Shown in pieces: positions 48,930-57,226 of a stretch of 64,000 nt of DNA (positions are counted from its first letter, which is position 1; each line of letters opens with the position of its first letter). Where the stretch lies: contig JAJQCJ010000004.1 in assembly GCA_021202775.1 (NCBI GenBank), positions 4,517 through 68,516 on the forward strand. The letters run 5' to 3'. The notes below the pieces were generated by a model. It did not search any database and was not told the DNA's origin. It saw nothing but the letters and a program-made list of their open reading frames with translations. The translations under genes were made by a program, and so were the position numbers. Source of the stretch: Clostridiales bacterium (GTDB lineage: Bacteria; Bacillota; Clostridia; Oscillospirales; Oscillospiraceae).

Positions 48930-49499
48930 TCAGCCGTTCGGCAGCGCGTCAACAGCGCGGCGGAGAATGGCTTCTGGGTCGTTGCCTATAATGTCCAGCC
49001 CCTCGGCGCTGATGCACTGGGTTTCCCTGATGCCGAACATACCTTTGCAGAGCGCGGCAAGGTTAGCGTAGCCCATGTTCGTCTCCTCGCGCACCGTCCC
49101 GCCGGAGGTCATGACGTACCACAGCTTTTTCGCCTTGCACAGTCCGACGGGCACGCCGCTTTCACTGTAGCGGAACGTCAGCCCGTTTACGCACACCTGC
49201 TCAATCCAGCACTTGAGCACGGCGGGGCAGCTCAAGTCCCAATACGGCGCGGCGACCACGAGCTGATCGCACTCGAGCAGTGCGCGGGCGAAGCGGAACA
49301 TGGGAGCGGAGTAGTCGCCGCGGGCTACAAGCTCGTCGCGCTGCCTGAGCGTCTCGCTCGTGAGGTAAGTCACGCCCTCGGCGGCAAGGTCAATCTCCGT
49401 GACTTCGCCGTGCAGGCAAGCGGCAAGCTCACGCGCAAGACGCAGCGTGCGCGAAGCGGAGCCGCGCACACAGGCGTTGACAAGAAGAATTTTGTCCAT
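48930..49499 (-). CDS. flavodoxin-fold NAD(P)H-dependent oxidoreductase (azoreductase / FMN-reductase-like)
   Basis: 189 aa. The start MDKILLVNACVRGSASRT and the blocks LVVAAPYWDLSCPAVLKCWIE and LWYVMTSGG are typical of the family. Confidence 0.75.
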   Translation of the reverse strand: MDKILLVNACVRGSASRTLRLARELAACLHGEVTEIDLAAEGVTYLTSETLRQRDELVARGDYSAPMFRFARALLECDQLVVAAPYWDLSCPAVLKCWIEQVCVNGLTFRYSESGVPVGLCKAKKLWYVMTSGGTVREETNMGYANLAALCKGMFGIRETQCISAEGLDIIGNDPEAILRRAVDALPNG

Positions 49500-49844
49500 T
49501 TTTCACATCTCCTGCGGAAGAATTCAGTATAAAAAATACCTGCGCAGCTCATAACAGCCGCCTATTGCGGCCATTATAGCACGGCACGCATAAATCCGTC
49601 AATATGAGGCCTTTCAGCTTCTTCCAATGCGGCGCACTTTTTGGCGCGAAGGCCCGTGTGGACGGTGATGTCGCTGCGGCGGAACAGCAGCTTGAACACG
49701 GTACGGATAAGCGGCTGAATGTATATTCCCTGGCTGAATGCTGCCGAGCGTATCGGGGAGCTGATGGAGACCGGTCAGTTTGCCACCAACAAGCAGCGGA
49801 GATATATACCGAGGCATTGCTTGCAGCAGTTGCCCCATGCCATT

Positions 49845-50519
49845 TTATACCCGATCTCTGCGGCAGACTTCAATTGCCGTTCCGGAGAGAAACAGGGCGA
49901 TACCAATGAGCAATGTGAACAGAGCCAACGTGCAGGCATCGGATTGGGAGGCAAGCGCTCCCATAGAAAAGACTGAAATAACCGCAAACAGATTGTCCTG
50001 TGAGAAGAAAGCGGTCATGAAATAGTAGATCAGCGTGAGCATCATGGACACCCCGGAGCTGCGGAAAAGAATACAGATGAAATAAAATAACGCCGCAAAA
50101 AAGATACTCTGTGTGCCAATACGAAGCCATTCCTGCGCCATTCCAATCTGCACGCCCAAGCTCCAAAACCACCACGCCAGCAGCAGGAACAGCAGGGCGA
50201 TATGCAGCAGATACCATAGTATGGCAATCAGACAGCGAAGGGGAATCCCAGTTCTGTCCGGCTCATAGGCATACAGCACCTCTCTCCCGTTTCCCTCCAA
50301 TGATTCCTTTATGACAAGATAAATCCACCACACGGCACAGATCGGAATCAGCGTCTGAAACAGGTTTGTGATGGTGTAAATGCCGTCTGACACACCGAAA
50401 CGGTTTAGTATAAACCAGATGATAAGCGGCAGCAGCACAGCATCAATGAACAAGGGGATACCATACAGTACCCGTTCATTGCGGAAGGTATGGAAGATCA
50501 ATCTGAATTGTTTTTTCAT
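49845..50519 (-). CDS. ABC-2-like membrane permease (hypothetical)
   Basis: ATG at 50519 overlaps the ATPase stop (ATGA). 224 aa and about 6 TM helices. Confidence 0.65.
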   Translation of the reverse strand: MKKQFRLIFHTFRNERVLYGIPLFIDAVLLPLIIWFILNRFGVSDGIYTITNLFQTLIPICAVWWIYLVIKESLEGNGREVLYAYEPDRTGIPLRCLIAILWYLLHIALLFLLLAWWFWSLGVQIGMAQEWLRIGTQSIFFAALFYFICILFRSSGVSMMLTLIYYFMTAFFSQDNLFAVISVFSMGALASQSDACTLALFTLLIGIALFLSGTAIEVCRRDRV

Positions 50520-51358
50520 CCCAGCCCCTTTATGCGGCACAGATACCCGTCTTCAATGGTCGCTTCTTCCTGTGTTCCGTTCTGTTCCACAGGGGAAAGG
50601 ATGCGGAGAAGCCCGTTTCCGCTCTCCTTCTTTAACACAAAAAAGGGGTCCTGCAACTGATCCACCATCGTTTCCGGAACGCTGTACACCTTTCCATCTG
50701 CGATTTTGCAGATGTCCGAGCTGCTTCCGGCACCCACAAGGCTGCCATTGTTGATCAGAATGATATGGTCACAGACGGCCTCCACATCTTCCACAATATG
50801 AGTTGAGAGCAGCACAGTCTTTTCCCCCGAAAGCCTGGACAGAAGTAGCTTAAAACGAGCCCGTTCCTCCGGGTCGAGCCCCGCCGTCGGTTCATCTACA
50901 ATGATAAAATGCGGGTCGCCCAATACCGCCTGGGCGATCCCCAATCGCCTTATCATACCGCCTGACAGAGTACGAATCCTGTCATCTCTACGGTCGCTCA
51001 GATTGACCATTTCCAGGCTCTCCTCAATCATGCTCCGCTGCCTGCTCCGGGGAATCTCTTTTAGTTCTGCAAAGTAACGCAGCATTTCTGTAACGGTATA
51101 GCCGGGAAACAGGCCGAATTGCTGGGGCAGATAGCCGACACAGCGGCTGTAAGCGGTATTTCTTTCGATGCTCGTCCCGTTGTATAAAATCTGACCTTCC
51201 TGGATGGAATAGACGCCTGCCAAAGACCGGATCAGCGTCGTTTTTCCGGCCCCGTTTGGCCCCAGCAGCCCATAGATACCATGCTCCAGAGACAGGGTGA
51301 TGTTGTTCAACACCTGCTTCTTTTTGAAGCACTTGCTCAGTCCCTTGACTTCAATCAT
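50516..51358 (-). CDS. ABC transporter ATP-binding protein
   Basis: 280 aa with Walker A GPNGAGKTT, signature LSGGMIRR and Walker B FIIVDEP. Confidence 0.9.
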   Translation of the reverse strand: MIEVKGLSKCFKKKQVLNNITLSLEHGIYGLLGPNGAGKTTLIRSLAGVYSIQEGQILYNGTSIERNTAYSRCVGYLPQQFGLFPGYTVTEMLRYFAELKEIPRSRQRSMIEESLEMVNLSDRRDDRIRTLSGGMIRRLGIAQAVLGDPHFIIVDEPTAGLDPEERARFKLLLSRLSGEKTVLLSTHIVEDVEAVCDHIILINNGSLVGAGSSSDICKIADGKVYSVPETMVDQLQDPFFVLKKESGNGLLRILSPVEQNGTQEEATIEDGYLCRIKGLG

Positions 51359-53108
51359 GTTCGGCCTCCTCTGTTTGGACAGGGTGGTTTTCCATCCACT
51401 CCTGTATGCTGCGGTTCAGAACCGTCTCGTTATAGGAGTCTGTCAGGATGTGATCCTCAAAGCAAATCACGGTTGCTTCTTCATTGGCGTTGGCCTGGAG
51501 CAGCGTCACTGGGAGGCGAAACACCTGATACGAGCTGAGCGGTTCCTGCCTGTACTCCTCCAGCAGCGACACCAGTGTTTGAAAAGAGCTGGGCGCCGCA
51601 TAGGTCAGGGATTCTCCCATCACCTGATAGAGATAGGAAATCCTGTTCAGCTCCCGTTCCTCCACCAGCCCTCCGATCAATGTCACTGTCTGGGCCATTC
51701 CGGAAAACGTATGCTCGTCTGTCTCATCCAGATTTGAGAGAATGTTCAAACCCGAATCTACCGTGACGGTGAACTTCTTCGTTTCAAAGTCCGTATTCAC
51801 CTTCATGCTGCTGGAGCTGCTTTCCCACAGGGCGAGGCAGCCGGCCATCGGGTAATAGGCGAAATAACCCGGCAGGGCAATGCCCTGACTGTTGCTGTAA
51901 TACTTGCCGCCGGTTCCCTCGTAGGATATCACCATGCCGTCCACCGGCTCACAGGTCACCTCCAGATAGTCGCCCGCTCTGGTATATGGAAGGTCATTTC
52001 CCTCCTGATCTGTCACGCCGGTAACGACGTATCCATGATAAAGGGTAAACGAATAGGCGCCGTTTTCCGGACTCCCGGAGAGGGTCAGCGTGGCGGTTGC
52101 TTTCAGCCTGCGCCGGACGGAAAAATCCAGCTCATACGATTCCACCTGAAAGGCTGCCTCCTCCTCCCGAATCACAGCATCTTCGCTGTAGTGATAATAA
52201 TACCAGTCAGCGTCAAACGTCCTGGTGGTACGGGCCGCATAAGGGTCATCCTTCAGAATATAGCTGTCATTTCCCGACTGTCCATAATTCCACAGGCTGC
52301 ACAATGCAATAGCCGAACATGCGATGCATACGATGCGTCTCCCCGTGCGCTTGCCCTGCTTTGCGGAGAGCAGGCAGACACAGCCAATGCTCAAAACAGA
52401 CAGCCAGAAAATTGCCTTGTCCCACCGATAGCCTTCCATAGGCACCCCATAGACTGCGTCCGTTACCCAGTTTAAATCAGGGGCGCAGATGGAAAACAGG
52501 TCGAACAGCGGATAGGCGTCGATTTGAGACGAGGAGACTGCGGAAACTGCCGCCGCGAGAAACTCCCCCAGAAACGCAGCCAGAGCGGTTACCAGAAAGA
52601 TGATTCCATAAGCAACGTACCGGGTGCAGAGCCGGGCCAAAAGGACGCCAAAGAGCAGCCCGATCATCATGACAAAAAACAGGTTCAGCAGGGAGCATTT
52701 GAGCAGGTATGGAACGAGGAGTGAAAGGTCAGCCCCTTGTGTGACACAGGCGAACACGCAATAGCCAAAAATCACGGAGGTGAGCAGGACGGCCAGGATC
52801 AGCAGATCCAGCACCTGAAACCACCGGAACCGTGCCTGCCTCTGATAGTGACATACGGATTCCTCCAGACGGCAGTTCCGCTCCATAGAAAGAAATTCAT
52901 AGGCAAGGAACGCAAAGCAGAGGAAGCCTAAAATGCCGAGGTTTTGGCTGTTCGTCAGCGTCTCCGCCAGACCGTCGGTGTCGAGCCAATACAGCAAACG
53001 CTGCATGAAGGCGCAGCTGATGATTAGAACAGCCAGGTAGGAGAAAAGCAGCCTCCTGGTTCGGAAAAACAGCCTTATGCTGCTGCAAAATAATGTGTTC
53101 ATCATCAT
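51351..53108 (-). CDS. large membrane protein with about 300-aa extracytoplasmic C-terminal domain, no recognisable family
   Basis: 585 aa. The N-terminal half has about 7 TM helices and the C-terminal half is soluble and Tyr/Ser/Thr-rich. Its stop overlaps the ABC ATPase start by 8 nt. Confidence 0.65.
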   Translation of the reverse strand: MMMNTLFCSSIRLFFRTRRLLFSYLAVLIISCAFMQRLLYWLDTDGLAETLTNSQNLGILGFLCFAFLAYEFLSMERNCRLEESVCHYQRQARFRWFQVLDLLILAVLLTSVIFGYCVFACVTQGADLSLLVPYLLKCSLLNLFFVMMIGLLFGVLLARLCTRYVAYGIIFLVTALAAFLGEFLAAAVSAVSSSQIDAYPLFDLFSICAPDLNWVTDAVYGVPMEGYRWDKAIFWLSVLSIGCVCLLSAKQGKRTGRRIVCIACSAIALCSLWNYGQSGNDSYILKDDPYAARTTRTFDADWYYYHYSEDAVIREEEAAFQVESYELDFSVRRRLKATATLTLSGSPENGAYSFTLYHGYVVTGVTDQEGNDLPYTRAGDYLEVTCEPVDGMVISYEGTGGKYYSNSQGIALPGYFAYYPMAGCLALWESSSSSMKVNTDFETKKFTVTVDSGLNILSNLDETDEHTFSGMAQTVTLIGGLVEERELNRISYLYQVMGESLTYAAPSSFQTLVSLLEEYRQEPLSSYQVFRLPVTLLQANANEEATVICFEDHILTDSYNETVLNRSIQEWMENHPVQTEEAEHD

Positions 53109-53249
53109 CTTCCTCTCTGGCGTATGATTCCGGTCCGCTCACGGTATCGAAGGAAAGCTGCCATCCTCATACGCGGTCTGAATCTGTTGCTGCCGGTCAT
53201 GTAAATTTTCAAAGGCTCCACAGCCCCCTCACCTCCCTTCTGAACAGTA

Positions 53250-53272
53250 GACGCAAGTGCGGGCAGATCGTT
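53250..53272 (-). promoter_or_regulatory. ECF-sigma-type promoter (duplicate copy) in front of the membrane-protein/ABC operon
   Basis: The reverse strand reads tgtAAC-16 nt-CGTCta. It lies within a ~97-nt segment (53193-53289) that duplicates 54438-54537. Confidence 0.6.
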
Positions 53273-53282
53273 ACAGGTTTTT

Positions 53283-53320
53283 GAAAAAGAAAGCAGCCGC
53301 CTCGCATTCTGCGAGGCGGC
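53283..53320 (-). terminator. rho-independent terminator after the anti-sigma gene
   Basis: The reverse strand has a gccgcctcgca..tgcgaggcggc stem followed by tgctttcttttt. Confidence 0.6.
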
Positions 53321-53328
53321 CGCCCTGC

Positions 53329-53994
53329 CTATTGCGCATCCTTATCGTAAATCATCAGTTCGTTGCCGTCGCCGTCTATCAGGGTGATGCTGTGGTCTGC
53401 TGTGATTGGGCCGTCTAAGTGGCCCAGACCATCCGTAAAGGCCCCACATGTCAGCCTGTTATCCAGCCGCTCCTGCATGTCGTTCGGGGCGTGCTTCCGA
53501 TAACAGAGGATAAAGAGGTAGTAATCCCCCTCCTCATCTGTCTCTACGCCGGTGGCGAAAGGATACAGGTCGGTATCCAGACGGAGGACAAAGTACACCG
53601 TCCCGTCCTCCTGTACCTCACATTCCTCCACCTCCACATCGGACACGGGCAGGCGGACAAAGGTATCATAGGTATATGTCCACCAGGTCTGGTAGCCCAG
53701 CGTACCTGCCGCTGCTACAAGTGCCAAAAATACCAGCGCGAAAGCGGCTATCGCGAACCCCCGTACCGTCTGCCGGATGCCAGCCAGAACCGATTTTTTC
53801 AGGGCTGCCGCCTCCTGCTGCCGCTGCTGCACCGTCTTTTCCGACGGCGCAGGCTCCCGCATCTGCGCCAGCCTGGCCCGGCAGCGGGGGCAGTCCGCCA
53901 GATGCTCCTCTACCAGCGCCACCGTCTCCCGGCCGCAGACCTCGTCTGCGTACAGGGGCAGCAGGTCGTCCATCACATCACAGCTCAGCTTCAT
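53329..53994 (-). CDS. zf-HC2 anti-sigma factor, single-pass membrane protein
   Basis: ATG at 53994 (AAGGAGG RBS) overlaps the sigma stop (ATGA). It has the zinc motif HLADCPRC preceded by CDVMDDLLPLYADEVC, and a TM helix FAIAAFALVFLALVAAAGTLGY. Confidence 0.8.
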   Translation of the reverse strand: MKLSCDVMDDLLPLYADEVCGRETVALVEEHLADCPRCRARLAQMREPAPSEKTVQQRQQEAAALKKSVLAGIRQTVRGFAIAAFALVFLALVAAAGTLGYQTWWTYTYDTFVRLPVSDVEVEECEVQEDGTVYFVLRLDTDLYPFATGVETDEEGDYYLFILCYRKHAPNDMQERLDNRLTCGAFTDGLGHLDGPITADHSITLIDGDGNELMIYDKDAQ

Positions 53995-54479
53995 GTCGAT
54001 TCCTCCTTTAGCTTGCATCTGGCCCGGTAAAAGGTCACTCTGGCCCAGCTGTCGCTCTTGCCGAACAGCTCGCCGATGTCGGCGAAGGACAGCTCCCCGA
54101 ACACCCGAAGGGAGAACACCTCCCGATACGGCTCCGGCAGGCCATGGAGCCTGCGGTGCAGCTCCATGGCGGATTCCCGATCCAGCAGCTGTTCCTCCAG
54201 ACTCCCGGATTGGACGGACTCCGGGGCGTCCTCCAGGGAGGTGAGCCGTTTATCCCTCCGGCAGCGGCTGAGGTAGTCGTTCCGGGCGATTTGGAGCAGC
54301 CAGCTTTTCACGCTGCACTCTCCCCGAAAGCTGCCCATCTGCCGAAGGGCCTTGAAAAAGGTCTCCTGGGCGATGTCCTCCGCCAGGTGCGGATCGCCGC
54401 ACAGGGAGCAGGCAAATTGAAACACGTCCCGGAAATACCGGTCATACACATCCTCAAAGGGCTCCACAGGCTCTCTCAC
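53991..54479 (-). CDS. ECF-type RNA polymerase sigma-70 family factor
   Basis: About 160 aa with region 2 (DIAQETFFKAL) and region 4 (LSFADIGELFGKSDSWARVTFYRARCKL). The exact start is uncertain: GTG 54479 abuts the RBS, and GTG 54467 is an alternative. Confidence 0.88.
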   Translation of the reverse strand: MREPVEPFEDVYDRYFRDVFQFACSLCGDPHLAEDIAQETFFKALRQMGSFRGECSVKSWLLQIARNDYLSRCRRDKRLTSLEDAPESVQSGSLEEQLLDRESAMELHRRLHGLPEPYREVFSLRVFGELSFADIGELFGKSDSWARVTFYRARCKLKEEST

Positions 54480-54497
54480 CTCCCTTTCTGAACAGTA

Positions 54498-54520
54498 GAC
54501 GCAGCTGTGGGCAGAACGTT
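54498..54520 (-). promoter_or_regulatory. autoregulatory ECF-sigma-type promoter
   Basis: The reverse strand reads tgtAAC-16 nt-CGTCta immediately upstream of the sigma gene. Confidence 0.6.
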
Positions 54521-54724
54521 ACAACATTTTTTCAAAATGACAGCCGTATGATTCTGAATGGGCGGTGCGGCGTTCTACAAAGATGATAGATCATATAGCA
54601 GCAGAGCGAATGATGACCTCCGCCAAAAGCGGACTTTGTTCAGGGCACACTTTACCCGCTGCATTTTCGTCCTCTGGCACCATTATACCATAGATCCAGT
54701 ATCCTGTCTTTCTCTAAAAGATTG

Positions 54725-55300
54725 CTATCTCTGCGCAGCACCAGGAAATACGATGGCACCTCCATAAACGACGTCATATACGGACGGTTTTGGGTAAGTG
54801 TTCTTTTCCGGAATTTCCGGCTCCGCCAGAATCTGATCGAACCGTTCCACGGCATTCCCGACCTGCATGGCATTGACGGAAGCATAGATCATTTTCATCA
54901 GAACGGAGGTGATCACAGGCACAAAAATCAGATAAAAAATAAAGGATGCGGCAAATGCCGGATAATCGTTTATGGAACTGCCGATCCAGATCCCTATCGG
55001 GATAAAAAACAGATAGATGCCGTTCAGCGCTGCGGACAGTGCTGCGGTCATCAGCTCCTGGCTTAAGGAATACGGAATGACGGTTTTTGTATAATTCTTA
55101 ATAGAATCATACAGCCGCTTAAAGGAAAATGCGGTCTGTCGGAATGCCTTCACTACAGCGATTCCCCGGATGTACTCCACGGAAGCATTGCTCATATCCT
55201 CCAGGGAAGGCTGACAGTCCTCCATCAGCTATTTCGTCTTGTCCCCGCCGGAGGTAATGCCATATACAAGGAGCGTGAAACCAATCCACAGCATCCTTTA
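54725..55300 (-). pseudogene. type-1 ABC exporter (MsbA-like), internal transmembrane-domain fragment
   Basis: ..SNASVEYIRGIAVVKAFRQTAFSFKRLYDSIKNY..LFFIPIGIWIGS.. is the TM4-TM6 region of an exporter. It has an in-frame TAG just upstream, no ATPase domain follows, and no N-terminus is present. Confidence 0.55.
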
Positions 55301-55507
55301 CAGTGTAGCACAGCCCTTGGAGAGGGGCTATAAAAACTACTACTCTATAATGCAAGGGGCGTATAACCAATCCTGTTGCTGCCGGGCACCTGCTGCCACT
55401 GGAAAGCTGCCTTCGGTGAGGTGATTCCCCTGTTGGAGCGCAGCTTTTATGCGGTCTGCGTCTCCTACTGAGTTTGTATAAACAAAGCAGAAAGGCGGTG
55501 AAACGCT

Positions 55508-55663
55508 ATGAAGGATATCTGTGATGTGTGCGGCTACGAGTATGATGAGGCGCTTGGCGATCCCGATAACGGCATTGCTCCCGGCACGAAATGGGAGGAT
55601 CTGCCCGATGAGTGGGTGTGTCCGCTGTGTCAGGCTGGCAAGGATCAGTTCAGCCCTGCGTAA
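55508..55663 (+). CDS. rubredoxin
   Basis: 51 aa, below the track cut-off. [51 protein letters not shown] carries both CxxCG knuckles and the conserved GDPD.GI.PGT..EDLP..W.CP.C core. Confidence 0.85.
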   Translation: MKDICDVCGYEYDEALGDPDNGIAPGTKWEDLPDEWVCPLCQAGKDQFSPA

Positions 55664-55733
55664 GGTGCGTTTCTTACCGCAGATGCAAATATGCAACTTT
55701 ACGCTGCGCGACATATCCAAGGTACCAGGTTTC

Positions 55734-55781
55734 AGCGCCCATCAGAGAATGCGAATCGTTCTCTGATGGGCGCTCTTTTTT
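55734..55781 (+). terminator. rho-independent terminator after rubredoxin
   Basis: agcgcccatcagagaa (55734-55749) pairs with ttctctgatgggcgct (55759-55774), followed by cttttttcc. Confidence 0.8.
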
Positions 55782-56083
55782 CCTTATTCTTGAAAGGACA
55801 TCACAGAAATTGCAGCGGACTGTCAAGGTTCTTCTCTCACAGCATTATCTGATTCTCCTAAATCTGCAAATGGGAGTGTAAGCGTTCCGCAGGAATGCGC
55901 AGTCCATCCCCGCCGGGGGTGTTCAAAAGGGGGTTGGGGATTCCCCCAACCAACCAGCGCAGCGGAGCTTTTGCAGCACAAAAGCATTGCTTGCTACAAT
56001 CTGTTTAACCCGGAACAGTGCTGGTGAAACAGTGCTGTTCAACAGCACTTTCCTGGACTACGATAAACGGACAACCTGAAGAT

Positions 56084-57226
56084 TCACTCGCCCACGCTCT
56101 CGTAGATGCGCCGCAGCAGTTCCGGGTGCAGGTCGGCGTAGTTGGGAAGGTAGTTCAAAACGTGCTGCACATAGAAGATGGACAGCTTGCCGGAGGGCTC
56201 CATGGAGGCCAGCGCCCCCGCTGCCCCGTCCCAGCCAAACTCTCCTGCCGGGACCCCGCCATCGTCTGACAGATGCACCCGCATCCCCAGACCGTAGCCC
56301 TCGGCAGGGCTGGGCTTCATGGTGTTGTGGAAGTCATCCAGGGTCGTCCCCTGGAGCTGGTTGACGTGGAGCAGGGCCACCGACTCCGGCGTCAGGATAC
56401 GGGCTCCGTTGGCACCCACGCCGCCGCAGGCCAGGGCATCCAGGAAGAGGATATAGTCCTCTGCCCGGCAGCAGATGCCCGCCCCGCCGGAGTCGTAAGG
56501 CTCTGTCAGCTGGTGGGAGTTGTCCTTGGGAAAGCGAATCATCTTGTCCTCCTCCGGGACATAGAACAGCTGGTCGGGCATATGGTCCAGCTTCTCCCCG
56601 TCCGGGTGGAAGGTCAGGCCGGTGATGCCCAGGGGGGCAGCGATATGGCGGCTCACATAATCCGAGAACCGCTCCCCGGACACCACTTCAATCACCGCCC
56701 CCATCACGTCATGGCACATACTGTAGCAGAAGTGGGTGCCGGGGTCGAAGGCCAGGGGCTCCCTGGCCAGGGCGGCGATCATCTGCCGGGTGGTGGCCTG
56801 GTTGTGGCTCTCCTCCCGCTGCCGCACCAGGCTCTCCAGGGTCTGGTCATAGGTGAAGCCGCCGGTCATGGTCATCAGGTGCCGAAGAGTCATCACCGTC
56901 CGGGCCGGGCGGAGGGTGCCGTCCGCCTCCCGCACCAGGGGGGCGGACAGCTCCGGCAGGTACTTGGCCACCGGGTCGTCCAGCTCCAGCAGGCCCCGCT
57001 CCCGCAGCTGCATCACCGCTGTCATGGTCATCAGCTTGGTGCAGGAATAGATCCAGTACCACTCGCCCCCGGCCAGGGGGGCAGTTCCCTCCCAGTCCAG
57101 ATGACCGGCGGTGTGGCGGTAAATTTGCCGGTGGTTCTGATAGAGAATGCACTCGCAGGCGGGGACGCCGTAGCGCTCATTCACCTGGTCCAGGAACTCC
57201 GTTACCTCTGTAAACTTCATCTCCAT
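56084..57226 (-). CDS. beta-lactamase-family serine hydrolase (class C / esterase EstB-like)
   Basis: 380 aa with the SxxK nucleophile motif in YSCTKLMT, an AGGAGA RBS, and a start that overlaps the GH42 stop by 10 nt. Confidence 0.85.
   Translation of the reverse strand: MEMKFTEVTEFLDQVNERYGVPACECILYQNHRQIYRHTAGHLDWEGTAPLAGGEWYWIYSCTKLMTMTAVMQLRERGLLELDDPVAKYLPELSAPLVREADGTLRPARTVMTLRHLMTMTGGFTYDQTLESLVRQREESHNQATTRQMIAALAREPLAFDPGTHFCYSMCHDVMGAVIEVVSGERFSDYVSRHIAAPLGITGLTFHPDGEKLDHMPDQLFYVPEEDKMIRFPKDNSHQLTEPYDSGGAGICCRAEDYILFLDALACGGVGANGARILTPESVALLHVNQLQGTTLDDFHNTMKPSPAEGYGLGMRVHLSDDGGVPAGEFGWDGAAGALASMEPSGKLSIFYVQHVLNYLPNYADLHPELLRRIYESVGE

Noticed and set aside
49560-49845. Possible further ICE-protein fragment (..WLNAAERIGELMETGQFATNK.. 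in ORF 49719-49976)
   Set aside because: Only about 20 residues vaguely resemble helical segments of large conjugative-element proteins. That cannot be supported without a database search.
52897-53142. 81-aa ORF across the 5' end of the 585-aa membrane-protein gene and its leader
   Set aside because: It overlaps the better-supported gene in another frame and extends into the duplicated promoter/leader segment.
55340-55720. 126-aa minus-strand ORF
   Set aside because: It is antisense to the rubredoxin gene, whose product is unmistakable.
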